DNA of 64,000 nt from Schizochytrium sp. TIO01 (GCA_004764695.1 SMSO01000004.1:2232001-2296000), one strand, 5' to 3'; positions 12,346-25,451 are shown, counted from the stretch's first letter. Notes: a model not told the origin generated them from the sequence alone. Made by a program: numbers and translations.

Positions 12346-15300
12346 TTACCAGTAGATGTGGGAGGTACCAGAGGGAGAGCTGGTGTCGTTGTCCTTGGGG
12401 TCCTCGACCCAGAAGCAGCGACCGTGGTATACGGCCTCCACAACATTCTTGCGGACAACGAAGTCACCGAAGCGCTCACCGTCGAGGCGCTCCTTGGCGT
12501 ACTGCTCGAAGAGCGGGCGGCAAATGTCGAGGATCTCCTCCTCACTGCAGCCGCGCTTGACAAGGCGAGCCAGACGCTCACCAGCACCACCACCTCCAAG
12601 AAGAAGGTGGTAGCGACCGGGAGCGGTACCAATGAGGGCAATCTCAGCCATGTAAGGACGAGCACAGCCGTTAGGGCAACCAGTGACACGGACCACAATC
12701 TCATCGTTGCGGAGACCGCACTCAGTGATGATGTCGTCCATCTTGTCGATGAGAGTGGGCAAGTAACGGGAAGCCTCAGCCATGGCAAGAGCACAGTACG
12801 GGAGGGAAGCACAAGCCATCGAGGACTTACGAAGGCCAGTGAAGCGCTCGTTGGACACGCCGTACTTGGCGAGGATGTCCTCGATAATCTGCTTGTTCTT
12901 GGGGGAGACCTTGCCAATAACAACGTTCTGGGTGGCGGTCAGAGACATCTCTCCGCCAGTGTTGGCCTTGGCAATCTCGTACAAGCAGGTACGGAGCTTG
13001 TAGTCCGGGTCGTCGCGAACGCTTCCGTTCTCCACAAAGAGAGTGTAGTCCCACATGCCATCGTATCCTTGAGCCCAGCCGTACTCGTCAGAGTTGCTGG
13101 TAAAGAAGATGGGGCCGGCCTTGCCAATCTTGAAGCCACAGATCTCCTCAACCTTGGCCTTGAAGACCTCGAGTCCCATGCGCTCGACAGTGTACTTAAG
13201 ACGGGCGTTCTTACGGTTCTCACGCTCACCGTTGTCACGCTGGACCTTGACGACAGCTTCGGCGACAGCGAGGACCTGGTCGGGGCGCACGGAACCGAGA
13301 ACATCGGCAAGACGCGGGTAGGTGGACTCCTGGCCGAAAGTGGTACCCATACCACCACCGACGGTGACAATGATGTCCAAGAGCTTGCCCTTCTTGATGT
13401 TGGCGATGAGACCCAAGCAGTGGGAGAAAACGTCAACAAGGTTGCGCTCGTTGTTGACTGCGAGGGCAATCTTGAACTTACGCGGGAGGTAGGTAGGTCC
13501 GTAAATCTTCTCCTCCATGACGGTACCGGCGACAATCTTCTTGTCAAGCCAGATCTGAGCGTATGAGAGGCCACCAGCCTGGGGGCGGAGGTGAGCCTGA
13601 AGCTTGCGGGAGAGCTCGTTGAACTCAGCGTGACCGGGTGACTTGCGCCAGTTCTGGTCACCAATGACGTTACGGTTGACATCACCACAGGCAGCGAGGG
13701 TATCCATGGCAGCACGGTTGATAGCCTTCATGGTGTCCTTAAGCTCGCCCTTGATGACACCGTGGATCTGGAAAGCCTGACGGGTGGTAACCTTGAGGAT
13801 CTGGTTGCCAGAGTACTTGGTGATGATGTCATCCATGGCAATCCACTGCTCAGAGGTGGCAACACCTCCGGGAAGACCAATACGGATCATGAAAGAGTAA
13901 GCAAGCTCCTGGTGAGCAGAGATGCGAGCCTCACGGAGCTCACGCTGGTCCTGCTGGTACATACCGTGGAACTTGGTGAGCTTGGTATCCTCAGGGAGGA
14001 GCTTACCGGTGGTGGTATCCTTAAGACCTTCGTCGATCATACCCTGCAAGAAGTTGGACTTGAGCTTGATATCATCGTCAACGATCTGCGGTGCACCGCC
14101 GAGATCCTTGGAGGTGTCAATGGTAACCTCGAGGGCATCCCACACAAGGGGCTCCCACTCACCGAGGGCGGTATCGTATCCATCCTCAGCTTGGTCATCA
14201 CCAAGACCGACGGGTGCAAGACGCTGGGCTCCGAGAGAGGCGAGCTTCTCGTCAACCTCGCGTGCGTTGAGGCAGAAGTACTTGGCGGAGTCATCAGTAT
14301 CCTTACCCCAGTAGTGGGAGTCTCCAAGACCGATAACAGCAAACTTGAGGTCCTCAAGGTTGACGTTGCAGCCCTTGAGGGACTCAAAGAAGTGCTTGCT
14401 GTTGGCACACGGCTCACCCTGACCAGCAGTGGCAAGGACGAGGATGAGGTGCTGCTCCTCGACGAGGTCCTCGGGGTTGACGTCATTAGCCTCAAGGCAG
14501 CGAACCTCTCCGCATCCGGAGACCTCAGCCTTCTTGGCGATCTTCTCAGCAACAGAGGCGGCGTTACCACCATCGGAACCGAAGAGCACAAGGAGGTTGA
14601 GGTTCTTGTTGCCTCCAGAGGTGGCAGCATCTGCGAGCTGGTCGAACTGGGCTGCAAGACGACGCTGCTGCGCGGCCTTAAGGAGCTCATCGTGCTGTGC
14701 GGCACGACGGTTCTCGAGAGTGGCCTCAGGGTCAACAACCGGGTTGGTGGGCGCAGCGTTGGAAAGAATACTGAGCTGCTGCTCGCGCTTGAGGAACTCC
14801 TCGATGGACTTGATTAGCTTGGCCGAATCCAGGGAGAATTCCTCGTCACGGTGTGCCGGGTTCCACCTGTACAAAGGCCATGCACCAGAGTCCACGGCGG
14901 CGGCAGCAACCACAGCGGCGTCGGCGGCCTTGCCAGAGTTCTCAGAGGCGAAGTTCTGCTCGAGGGATGCGAGCACGGACTGGGAGGAAGTGGTGGCGAT
15001 GGAGCTTCTGGGCGCATGTGCGAGGATGATAGAGGGGCCAACGTAGGCATCGGCCTCTGCAAGAGCACGAAGGGACTGGGACTGCGAAGCAAGAGCGGAA
15101 ACAGAAGCGACGTAGGCGTTGCCGTAGTTCATGGCGTAGAGGCCAATGTTGCGCTTCTTGGACTGCACGGGCTGGGCAGGCTGTTCCTCAACAGTGGGCG
15201 GCGCTGCGGTCATAGAGGCGGCGACGGAGACTGCACTCTGGTTGAGGTCAGTCTTTGCACTGTCAGCGTTGCTGGCGTCTTCGGAGGCAGAGAGGTCATC

Positions 15301-17631
15301 GTGGTCGAAGATGATGACGTTGACGTCGGCGCCACTCTTGAGGAGGTGGTGGATGCCGTTAGCGGCGAGGTCCTGGGCCCAGTTGTCTCCGGCAACGATC
15401 CACTCGGAGGCCTTGGGGAGAAGGTCGCGGTGCTCGTACACGAAGGTGACATCTGAGTGGCAGTCCTTCTCGGCAGTAAGGAGACCAACAAGGCGCGGGA
15501 TCACGCGGCCACAGCGCACGGCGTTGTCGTTGCTGCCGTGCCACATTCCAAGGGTGGCGAGGAGCTCCTTAGAGCAGAACTGAGCAGCCTTGCGGTCAGA
15601 GAGCATCTGCTTGACATAGTCCACGAGTCTCTTGCGAGCAATGGCGCGGGCAAGAGTGGCTCCGTAGGAGGCCTCGACGGACTCCATGACAGTCGAGGCG
15701 GTGGCGTCGGAGATAAGCAGACGCTCACCAAAGAGCTGCTGCATGAGGTCGCGGTACGGGAGTGTGCTGAGGTCTGTGGTGGCCGGTGCGGCCTTGGACT
15801 GGGTACCAGAGGCGGAGATGGGGGTCAGCGCAACAGGGCAGAGGTCCTGCGGGTAAGGTGTGGAGGTCTCGTCGTCAGCGTCGACGGAGGTCTTCCAGTT
15901 GGCCTTGGAGAGGTCAATCTGCACGAGGGCATCCTTGACGACGTCCGGTTTGAGCTTGGGAAGGAAGGTAGACATAGCCTCCGGCACAGCGACGGTAGCA
16001 ACGCGAGAGATGTGAGTGTAAGTCTGCGCGTAGTCAGCCTTGGCACCGAGGAGGTATACGCCAAGGAGCTGCATGGCCCAGTTGCTCAAAGCAGCGGCGT
16101 CGCCCACGAGCCGCGTGCCGTTGGCAATGAAGAGCTCGGCACCAGAGGCGACAAGCTTGGCGCGGAAGGCAGGTGTGAGCTCACGAGTGACCTCCTCGAT
16201 GGTCTTCCAGGGCGCATTAATAAGCAGCTTGGTGCCCTTCTGGGACTGGTCAAGAACGTCGCAGTTAGGCAAGAGAAGTACGGATGGGTCGTCTACGACA
16301 ATAACATCTGCGTTGCGAATGGTGTACTCAAAGTGCTTGAGCGCGATGGTGCCAAAGCGGAGCTCAGTTCGTGCAACACCAGACTGGGCACTGACTTGCT
16401 CAACAGCCTGGACCTTGAGGCCCATGACGGGTCCAACAACGGCAGCGAGTGCGTTGCGAGCGGCGGCACCGCTCTTACGGAGAGTCCATGTGACAACCTG
16501 GTCGATGAGGGAGGAGACCTCAGCGTAGGGGACAGTCTTCATGGCGGCCTCAACCTCGGCGACAGAGAGGCGTGCCTTGGGCTTGGGGCTGAGGAGGTTG
16601 TCCTCAATTGCGGTCACGAGACCCGGGTGGTATCCGAGAGCAGCGTGGGGCGCAAGGGAGACACTGATGATCTGCGGGGGCGCGTAGTGAGACTCACCAG
16701 CATGAAAGGATGCGGTGACATCCTTAAAGAGCGGGGTGTCGCCGTTCTTGCACTGGTCAACAACGCAGATTCTGCGAGTGGACTCCGGGAGGGCAGCAAG
16801 AAAGTGGGCTGCGGACCACGGGCGCACCACACGCACGCGGAGCACACCGACGCGCTTGCCAGGGAAGCTGACAGCGGCAGATCCGCAGGCAACGACGACG
16901 GCCTCGGCATCAGAGGGGCCAGAGTACTCGAAGAGACCAGCCTCGGAGCCGCAGACACGCTTGATGCCGGCATCAAGGGCGTGTGCAACGGAGGGCAGGC
17001 CCTGAAGGTCGGTGAGGTCGGAGCGGATCTCAGCGAGGTCCTCGACGGAGCGAAGGTCAACGTGGCTGAGGCCGCTGGCAAGACGAGTAGCGTCCCAGAA
17101 GTTAATGACGGGGGCACCCTGGGTCTCAGAGACGATGTGAGCGACAACAGCGAAGTCGTGGACCTCCTGCACAGAGGCAGCGGCAAGAATGGCAAAGCCA
17201 GTCTCGCGCACGGCCATCACATCACTGAGGTCAGCGGACACGCCACCATCCTCGGCGCGGGAAGCGGCAGAGACGTGGAGCACAACGCTGTTGCCGGCGC
17301 CAAGACGATCGGAGCCGATGGTGTAGAGGTTGCCGGCCATCTTGCGAAGCATCTGGCTTCCAGAGGTGACAGCAACACGGCCGCCCTCCTCCTTGAGCTC
17401 GGCAGCGGTGCTGTCAGCACGCTCTACAACGCGGACAGAGGGCACGGCACCGCTGGCGTTAGGCTTGAGAGCCTTCTGCCACGAGGTCAAGACATCCTCG
17501 GCAATACCGGGAGCGCCGGCCACATCGACACCGGCCTGAACGAGGACGGCATCGCTGAGAGCGTACGCAACATGTGCTGCAGCCTCGCCACCGTTCACAA
17601 GAACGCTGGCAACCTTGTCACCGGAGCCCAT
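12346..17631 (-). CDS. MET5: Assimilatory sulfite reductase (NADPH) beta/hemoprotein subunit, Met5/Ecm17-like: PFOR-derived domains + flavodoxin + siroheme-[4Fe-4S] domain
   Basis: PFOR-like start NGGEAAAHVAYALSD, VLRVRVVRPW, WIVAGDNWAQD and KKRNIGLYAMNYGNAYVAS; flavodoxin LFGSDGGNA/TAGQGE/GLGDS; hemoprotein KFHGMYQQ, ACGDVNRN, YLPRKFK; Fe-S/siroheme ligands CASLPYC and TGCPNGC. Confidence 0.95.
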   Translation of the reverse strand: MGSGDKVASVLVNGGEAAAHVAYALSDAVLVQAGVDVAGAPGIAEDVLTSWQKALKPNASGAVPSVRVVERADSTAAELKEEGGRVAVTSGSQMLRKMAGNLYTIGSDRLGAGNSVVLHVSAASRAEDGGVSADLSDVMAVRETGFAILAAASVQEVHDFAVVAHIVSETQGAPVINFWDATRLASGLSHVDLRSVEDLAEIRSDLTDLQGLPSVAHALDAGIKRVCGSEAGLFEYSGPSDAEAVVVACGSAAVSFPGKRVGVLRVRVVRPWSAAHFLAALPESTRRICVVDQCKNGDTPLFKDVTASFHAGESHYAPPQIISVSLAPHAALGYHPGLVTAIEDNLLSPKPKARLSVAEVEAAMKTVPYAEVSSLIDQVVTWTLRKSGAAARNALAAVVGPVMGLKVQAVEQVSAQSGVARTELRFGTIALKHFEYTIRNADVIVVDDPSVLLLPNCDVLDQSQKGTKLLINAPWKTIEEVTRELTPAFRAKLVASGAELFIANGTRLVGDAAALSNWAMQLLGVYLLGAKADYAQTYTHISRVATVAVPEAMSTFLPKLKPDVVKDALVQIDLSKANWKTSVDADDETSTPYPQDLCPVALTPISASGTQSKAAPATTDLSTLPYRDLMQQLFGERLLISDATASTVMESVEASYGATLARAIARKRLVDYVKQMLSDRKAAQFCSKELLATLGMWHGSNDNAVRCGRVIPRLVGLLTAEKDCHSDVTFVYEHRDLLPKASEWIVAGDNWAQDLAANGIHHLLKSGADVNVIIFDHDDLSASEDASNADSAKTDLNQSAVSVAASMTAAPPTVEEQPAQPVQSKKRNIGLYAMNYGNAYVASVSALASQSQSLRALAEADAYVGPSIILAHAPRSSIATTSSQSVLASLEQNFASENSGKAADAAVVAAAAVDSGAWPLYRWNPAHRDEEFSLDSAKLIKSIEEFLKREQQLSILSNAAPTNPVVDPEATLENRRAAQHDELLKAAQQRRLAAQFDQLADAATSGGNKNLNLLVLFGSDGGNAASVAEKIAKKAEVSGCGEVRCLEANDVNPEDLVEEQHLILVLATAGQGEPCANSKHFFESLKGCNVNLEDLKFAVIGLGDSHYWGKDTDDSAKYFCLNAREVDEKLASLGAQRLAPVGLGDDQAEDGYDTALGEWEPLVWDALEVTIDTSKDLGGAPQIVDDDIKLKSNFLQGMIDEGLKDTTTGKLLPEDTKLTKFHGMYQQDQRELREARISAHQELAYSFMIRIGLPGGVATSEQWIAMDDIITKYSGNQILKVTTRQAFQIHGVIKGELKDTMKAINRAAMDTLAACGDVNRNVIGDQNWRKSPGHAEFNELSRKLQAHLRPQAGGLSYAQIWLDKKIVAGTVMEEKIYGPTYLPRKFKIALAVNNERNLVDVFSHCLGLIANIKKGKLLDIIVTVGGGMGTTFGQESTYPRLADVLGSVRPDQVLAVAEAVVKVQRDNGERENRKNARLKYTVERMGLEVFKAKVEEICGFKIGKAGPIFFTSNSDEYGWAQGYDGMWDYTLFVENGSVRDDPDYKLRTCLYEIAKANTGGEMSLTATQNVVIGKVSPKNKQIIEDILAKYGVSNERFTGLRKSSMACASLPYCALAMAEASRYLPTLIDKMDDIITECGLRNDEIVVRVTGCPNGCARPYMAEIALIGTAPGRYHLLLGGGGAGERLARLVKRGCSEEEILDICRPLFEQYAKERLDGERFGDFVVRKNVVEAVYHGRCFWVEDPKDNDTSSPSGTSHIYW

Positions 17632-17652
17632 TATGAATGGATTAGCGGACTT

Positions 17653-17676
17653 TGACTGACTGACTGACTGACTGAC
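17653..17676. repeat. (TGAC)6 microsatellite about 20 nt upstream of the MET5-like ATG
   Basis: Direct reading of the sequence. Confidence 0.9.
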
Positions 17677-19235
17677 GGAGTGAGAGTCTTGAGCTTGCTT
17701 CTTTGTTTAAGAGCAAGGTCAAGAGCGCAAGATCAATCTACAGAAGTAAGATCGATCCACAGCGAAATACTCCACCGGCAAAGTAAAATATGTGACAGAC
17801 GGAGTGGAAATAAACAAACTCGGGGCAGTGGCTGCGAGCGACGCGGCCTGCCTTCCTGCCTGTGCTGGCAAGATCGAACGACCGCTTCGCCTGCGAAGGG
17901 AGCGGGCGCTGCGACGGCTTTTGAGAAGTCCTCGCCGGAGCACGACGCCACGGACGAGGTAGTGGTAGAGGTGGATGGAGTTGCGGGTTTGGCGTCTTCA
18001 CGATCGCCACCGCCGCAGATTCATCGCCTCTTTTGCAAAGTGCAAAAGCTCTACTGTACCTTGTTTTATTCCCATTCACGCAAGTCAACTAAATATCTAT
18101 TCTCTACTGTACGCGTCCTATACTCTACTTTGCTGCTTTCCAGCTAACAAGTAGACAGTGTGATTGAGAAGAAAATTGCTTTCTTTTACAGTCACTAAGA
18201 ACATCTCCAAAAATACTTACTCCTCTGTCTTTGATTTAATAAAATAAAAAATAAAAAAGGGAAGAAAAAAAGAAAAGAAAAGAAAAGAAAAGAAAAGTTA
18301 AATAAAGACTGCTTTCGCTTTGATATATATCTTCACAGTGCCAAGGTACTCCCGCGAGGCCTACAGTACCCACTAGCAGCGTCGCTATTCATAATAATTT
18401 TGAAACAGCATTAAAACCAATGCTAAAGCTCAACAAATCAAACAACTTGCACTTCACCAGAGCAATCGGTCGATCGATCAATCGATGGACAAACTGTGTG
18501 GTTGACCACCGACGTATCGCAGAGCTACGGCTGCTACTGCGATACCTCGGCCGGCGGTGCTTTGCGGCTCCTGACCAGGCTGCACAATCGTCACGGCCAC
18601 AACTATTTCGATCAAAGCCATCAACCCGAACAAAGAAATGAGGAAATGAGCGAAGGCCATTTAAAAAAGCAGTGCGCGCAACACATTCTCAACCATAGTC
18701 ACAGTCATAGCACATCTGCTAGGAGCTCTTTCTTCCCATAGTAAAGGTGCCAGGCGAGTCTACTTCTACCGTTTATCCTAAGTGCCCACTCCCCCTTTCT
18801 TTTCCCCTCTCATCCCCTCACAGGAAATGAATGCCTCAGCAAAATAGACTTGCAATCTCCCAGGAGGGGCTCTCCTATCGTAAACGTTAGGACTCGCTTA
18901 AGGCGAGCGGGACCCTTGCCCACTGTCCGAGGGCGCGGCATCATCGTCACTGATGTGCCGCGGAGCCATCGTCATCCAGAGATCGCAAGCCAAAGCGCAG
19001 GCAAAGCGCAGGCAAAGCTGTGCGGAGGCGGCCCGAAGGCAGGGTTGGGCCCACGAGTTCGCACGGAAGCTCGAGGCGGTGGCCCCTCGCGGCGCTTCAG
19101 TGCGGTCTGCTGCACGATTGGCAGCGGCGAGCGAGCGAAGCCATCCAATCTTTCTGGCTTTTGAAAGTTTTTTTCTTCTTTTTCTTTTCTTTTTGCGAGT
19201 TCGACTTCAAAAACTTGATTTTAATTAATTGTTTG

Positions 19236-19266
<31 letters not shown>

Positions 19267-22200
19267 CAAACTTGTGTTTTCAAAAACTAGTTTTCACGAG
19301 CGCTAGATGGGCGGTAGTGGATAGTAGGAATACAAGAGGCGCTTAGACTGTTGTTGTTATTTGTTTTAATAGAGATAAAATTTTACTCTATGATAATAAA
19401 TGAAGAAGAATCGGTATGAGAAAGGGAATAGAGCAATGCAGGCGGAACTTCAGCTGTACTACCACAGGGTACCTACTATTACTATCACCTGTTTTGCAAA
19501 CTCACTCACTCCATCTCTCAATCAGTCGAAGCTTACTTCCTTCTCCATCTTTGCTTGGCAAAGTTGCAAGTTACAAGGCAGACGTCACTACCTAGGTGGC
19601 AACCTTCCATTACGATTGGCAGCGCCATGGAGCTGTCATGAGCCATCATGGAGGGACAGCACTCCAGCCACTCTGCAGTGATCCACGCGGGTCCCATTTG
19701 ACAGATTATTCGAAGACCATGAATCGCTATCGATTCCTCGTGTTTACTATGGGCAATGCTCTAGGCTGGCGAGGGTCGGGACCACAGAGTGACAGATAAT
19801 AAATGGCACGTTGAAGAAGCAGCTGAGAGCGCGCAGTTCGCAGAGCTCATCATGGTTGCATGTTCTTAGATTATATCTGACATCGGTGATGTTGCGCAGG
19901 GTATCGACACCAACGTCTCCGAGGAATTGTGATGATGGTGACGCCGATCAAGCCGAAAAGGCCGAAGCCGGAACATGAAGAGGGGACAGACAGCCTCTTG
20001 ATTCCTGAAACACTTGCTGACCTCTATATTGCTCGCCATTGCGCGCAAACAACTGCTTCAAGGTAGGTAGCTGGGTAGAAAATCTAAATGTTAGGGCATA
20101 GCCAGCTAAGAAGGTTGGCAGTATTTTCCTCGAACGATGCTCGACCGCAACATTGTCGCTGATTAAAGCGTGTGCCATGAACAAATGCAACTCTAGTATA
20201 AGGATAAAAACGATTTTGGAATGCAAATGGCACTTGATGGCACAACTCTTGTCATTGAGACTTGCTCCGAATTAAATTATGCAGTACCTAGTACTGTGGC
20301 CTGAAAGCGACAAGATGATCACGTTCTGGGCATCTCTTCAGATGTCTATCATATGATGGTCATAAAAGAGGATTGCGAGCGTAGGAGCTGTGCGAATTCT
20401 TGTGCTTCATCGTTAAGAAAAAAACAAATGGAGAATCAAAATTTGCATTCCACAGAAGTCAAATAATCACCATGATGTACTTTGTGTAGCTAGCTACTGA
20501 CTTGCACGGGCAACACATATCTTATTTAAAATGTAACGTTATGTTTGATGAACTCGCAGCACATTTGTCGGCTAATCTCTATTTCGACACATTGCAATAC
20601 CCATAGTTTCTGGCAAAGCGCATGCTTTGGTAAGTTCGAATTGTATACCACCTAGCCTACTTATAGCATCTAATTGTATCCATAGCGTACAACGTAGCTG
20701 TTAGTAGGTAGTCGTTATAATGATGTTAGAGGCCTAAGACTCTGAGAACGTGATGACATCAGCAACATTGATGTTCAACTGCCCCAATGTAGGGTCACCT
20801 GTTGCTTAACCTTTGTTTTCTTCAGCAGGGCTTTCCAAAAAGAAAGAAAGAAAAGTGATTCACGATTGTGAGCATCACAGTTAACTTTTCTTTTTAAATG
20901 AAGCTCTCATTGGTCGCACACACATGCTCCGAATGCGTGAGAGAGGCAAGTTGCCCCGACTTCGTTGCTTTTAAGAAAATCATCTCCTTAATAGAAACTA
21001 AATCAATCTAAATAAGCATCACCCAATGGAGGATGGCAGTAGTACCTAGTTACAGCAACGATCGACAGGGAAGCAGGAGAAGTGGCGCATCATTCTAAAA
21101 GCCTTAGTAGATAGAGTAGAGTACCTGCAGTTTAGAAAGTAAAAATCGGGTTCATTGTTTGCCGTTCATGCTGTCGCAGAATGAGAATTATCGAATCTAT
21201 AAAACAATCCCACAGCCCCTTTTAAATCCCACTTGCTTCTGGCTAATGACAATTGTATTTAACAGAGTTGTCTTTCGAAAGCTTTGTCTGAGTGAGCTGA
21301 TAGACAGCAACGCACTATTGACCTTCGTTATGTGTGCCAACGAACGAAGCACGGACTACGGATTCCGCAGCAGCGAACTTGTTGCTTCGGTGAGATCGTT
21401 AACAAAAAGACTTATAAAACGCCCAAGCGAAATAAACTGGAAGACGTTCGCACATCGGTACAGCGTTGAAGGCTCAATGAGATCCGTTTATTGCTTGTCG
21501 CTCGCGACAAGGTCCTTCAACTTCAAAAAAAAATGTCCTTTTTTTCTAGCTTTCTTTAATTCCTTTTTACATAAAGAATTCTGACCCAGGACCACAACTG
21601 TGTCTAACAATTGTGCCCAAACTTGTCGCAGCCAGCTTCTTTTCAACCTCCCGTCATCACAGGATCTGCGCAGAGCATCTAAACCACCACCGCAGTTGTC
21701 ATTCGTATTTTGTCCCAACGAGGTACGCGCCCCAAAGCTTCCGGACATCAACAGCACAACAGCATACACCATATTTACACATCAAAGCAGCGAGAGCTTT
21801 GTATATATTATCGCTGTTCCTTCGATTCATGGCTGTGTTTTTATGCTTGAATTTCGGTGTGAAGCAACGTATATTCGTCATTCATTCGCCGCATCAAAAG
21901 TATAAGATGTTGCTACTGCTGATACTAAACCAGGATAAACGACATCAACGGCCGCCGAAGTCACATATGACAGGGACAAAATATCATAGTCTCCTCCACT
22001 AAACGCAAATCTGCGCAACGCAAATTGGAAAAACATCACCAATTCTTCGTGCTGACGCTATTTTGAATTTCCTTTTTTTGTCGATAATCTTTTACTTTTG
22101 CAAGTCTTTCACTTTTCTTTTTAAAGTTAAAAATATAAAAGTAATTCTAAAATAAAAATAAAAATATTTTTCTTTTCAAAAGGTACTGATAAAAAAAGTA

Positions 22201-23808
22201 TGTATTATTATAAAGTATAGGTAATCATAGTGCTTTCTATTCTTTAAAACTTAAAGAAAAGAAAACAGGAAAAGAAGTTTCACTAATAAAACAAATAAAA
22301 GGGAAGAAACATAGGTAGGTACGTAGGCTAATTGGGACATCACCACACACTAAAACTTTTCGCGAGAAATCTCGCATGGCGGGTTGCGCAGTCTGCAACG
22401 TCGATGACGTCTTTCGAGACACTAACGTCACTCGGAGCAGCGACCAATCATTCAAACTCATTCACTCCTTTATTCGTGGCGGCGAGGTTCTCGAGAAAAC
22501 CCGCGCAAACTTCAAGCAAGGCATGCATGGCCTTCTAAAGGGCCCATGCTCAGCCAGAAAAGTCTTTCTCGAGCACCTTCTTTATCCATGAGGTGACTCC
22601 TTCTTCTTCTTCTTCTCCTTCTTGGACTCGCCTGAAGTTGCCCTTTTCCACGCAGTTCTATCTGCAGAACCCTTCGGCCCAGCACCGCTAGAACCCCACC
22701 TACCCACAAGCATAGGAATCCCACCTAGAACATCTGGCACCTTCTCAGGAGCCCTGTTTGAGCGTAGAAAACGGCAGCAAAAGCTGTGGCATTTGAAAAC
22801 AACTTGAAGAAGGCAAATAAAGACGCGAGGAGACATAGTGTGGCCTTAAAGGCGGGGCTAACCCTCCTTATTGTGCGAGCTTTCCCTTTCGCCACGCTCT
22901 CTGATGAAGGGACATAAGGAAAGTGACCCACCGAAGGCACGAACGTCAGCATCTGCCGAGCAAAGCCCGATGTCCTCCTCTGCCCCTCATCATGAAGCCG
23001 TTCCCTTTGCTTATTCTGTTATGACGTTCTGCACTGAGGGGCTACAGTATGATCTTACTGAACGTCGGGGTAACCTTTCGAAATACTCTCCGTAATGAAC
23101 CCCCAATTGTTCCCGTGCTGAAAGCCAGGTCACAGGTAGAAGGGGGTATGGAAGACACTTAGTGCGGTGACGTCGCTCTCGGTACTTCTTTTGGAGAAAC
23201 CCCGACCTCTTACGCACTTTGCCTTCCCTGTTTGTCTCTTTCTTTTAAGTCTCTCTATAAAGTCATTTGTTTTCTTCTTTTTTTTAAATGAAAAGTTTTG
23301 TTTTGGTTTAATTTTTAAATATATTTTTAAATATATTTTTTTTTAATAAAGAGGTTTCATTCTTTCTTTTCTTCTAAAGTTATCGTCGTCCATGATGATC
23401 GTCACGATCATTATCGCCCTCTTCTTCTGCTTCTTCCGCCTCTTGCTTGCTTGAGGACCAGCCTCATCGAGAAGTACCACACCGCGGGCCATATCGTGCA
23501 CCCCATATCTTCAGAAAGGAGCGTTGAGCTCCATATGAGTACGCGAGAACCGTGAAAACCCCAGTACGCAGCAAACTCGAGAGGAGGAAAACAAGAATGC
23601 TCTGGAGTCGGCAAGAGAGAAACCGGCTAAGTAAGCTTTCTCTGTGTGTCTTCTTTTGCTTTGGCTGGATTCGCCACTAACCAGATACAGTCAGTCAGTC
23701 AGTCAACCCACTCTTTGCTGCACATTGGAGGAGTTGATCGATGCAGAAGCTTTGAACAACAGGCGCAGCCAACCAACCAGTCCCAAAGAAAGAGAGAACG
23801 AAGGAACA

Positions 23809-23809
23809 A

Positions 23810-23880
<71 letters not shown>
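23809..23880. repeat. (AAAG)n microsatellite
   Basis: Direct reading; similar tracts at about 612-640 and 24471-24522. Confidence 0.95.
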
Positions 23881-23889
<9 letters not shown>

Positions 23890-24470
23890 AAGCAGCGGCT
23901 TTCTCTCCTGCTCCTTTTCTCGAGGCCGAGGACCTCAGCGGAGGCTGGCTGTAGGCTCCGACTACCTTCCGCTTAGGCAGTGCTGAGTCCGTGCCTCGAG
24001 GCGAAGCCTTTGGTCGGTCTCGCTGAGCTATTCCTTCGCTCATTCATTCGCTTAGTCACGAGTTCATGCAATCAATCAATCGATCAATCAATTTGTTTAT
24101 TTATTCATGCGATTGATGATTGATTCGTTCTTTCGTTCGTACGTCCGCTCGCTATTTGTTTCTTTGGTTGGTGGTGACACGAGCAAACTCCCAGACCATC
24201 ATGGTCTCCTCCGCTTCCATGACAGCGATGCGGACAGGAGTTAGGCATATCATATATTCCCACTCCCTCACTCTTCCTATGCACTCCGGGTCTGCGAGGA
24301 ATGCGGCGTAGTGTACCAATGAGATGCTGGTGATGCTGATGATGCTGATGATGACAATGATGATGATGATGATATGATGATGACAATGATGAAGATGGTG
24401 GTGTCTGTCTGACATTGTTCACTACGGGAGTGAGTGAAACAAACTTGAAAGTTGAAAGTTGAAAATTGAC

Positions 24471-24521
<51 letters not shown>

Positions 24522-25451
24522 AATGTCAGCACTAGAAAGAAGTAAAAAGTGTTTGCAAATGGTAGTTTCCAACATGACACCTCCGTCTCTCTTTCTGCGG
24601 CTTAGCCCATATTGCGCATGGAGACTGGGCCGGGGAGTCCCGCCCGTGGCGCCGTTTTGTCTTTCGTTTGAAGATTTCCTCGACATTTCTTCGCATCGGT
24701 GACGAGAGGAGGTGTGTAGAGGAGTCCTAAAGGCCTTAGGCCTTGGCAATTGTTTTAAAAAGAGTTTTTAATGTTTTAAAGATTCACTCATTTGGAAAGT
24801 AACTTTTTAGGGAAATACGCTGAGGCCTTTTCTTTTTCTTTTCTTTTCTTTTCAAAACTTTGTTCGCGCAAATCCATACTATCGTAACATAACTAACGTT
24901 GAGGTGAGGGCTTCGAAGAAGCGCTCTGAGGCGGAGACTCCGAGCAGGCGAGTCCACAGCTTCCCTCGCTCCGAGGACAAGGACGTTTTTGTAGGTTTTC
25001 CTTCGGTGCCAAGACTTTTCCCAAGCAGTCCGTTGGGAACGAACTAACTTCAGGAGAGTCAGCTGACTTGAACGAATCCTCCTTCACGGCATTACACTCG
25101 CTCCATCCTACACTTATAAAAACTATACTTTCCTCCACACAAGTCACGAGACACGGGACACAAGAAAGGCGTCTTCTTCTTCCTCTGCCATTCGAGAAAT
25201 GGCGTCTTTGCTGATTCATTTTTCGATGAGATGATGCTCGGGGTCCTTCGTCGTCAACTCCACTGCAACAGAAGCCGTATTATCAATTCGTAAATCGGGA
25301 CTCGTGACAGACGGCCGCGCTTAAATGCTTAACAGACTGGCCGCTCTTATCTGAACTTGTGATTTGCGGCGGAAGAGCATGCGGTCGACCTTGATGACAC
25401 GAAAATGCACATTTTGAAAGGCCGCCAACACGAACGAATACACCCTCAATA

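Noticed and set aside
8843-17631. THUMP gene as a sulfur-relay (thiouridine) partner of sulfite reductase
   Set aside because: It has a SAM-methyltransferase domain, not a ThiI PP-loop or rhodanese domain.
12295-17655. Long antisense ORFs (423, 351, 201, 732 aa) opposite the MET5-like gene; similar ones opposite MET10-like (29968-31182, 31372-32193) and the ACAD gene (47901-49223)
   Set aside because: Expected shadows of biased codon usage (few TTA/CTA/TCA codons); no recognisable motifs.
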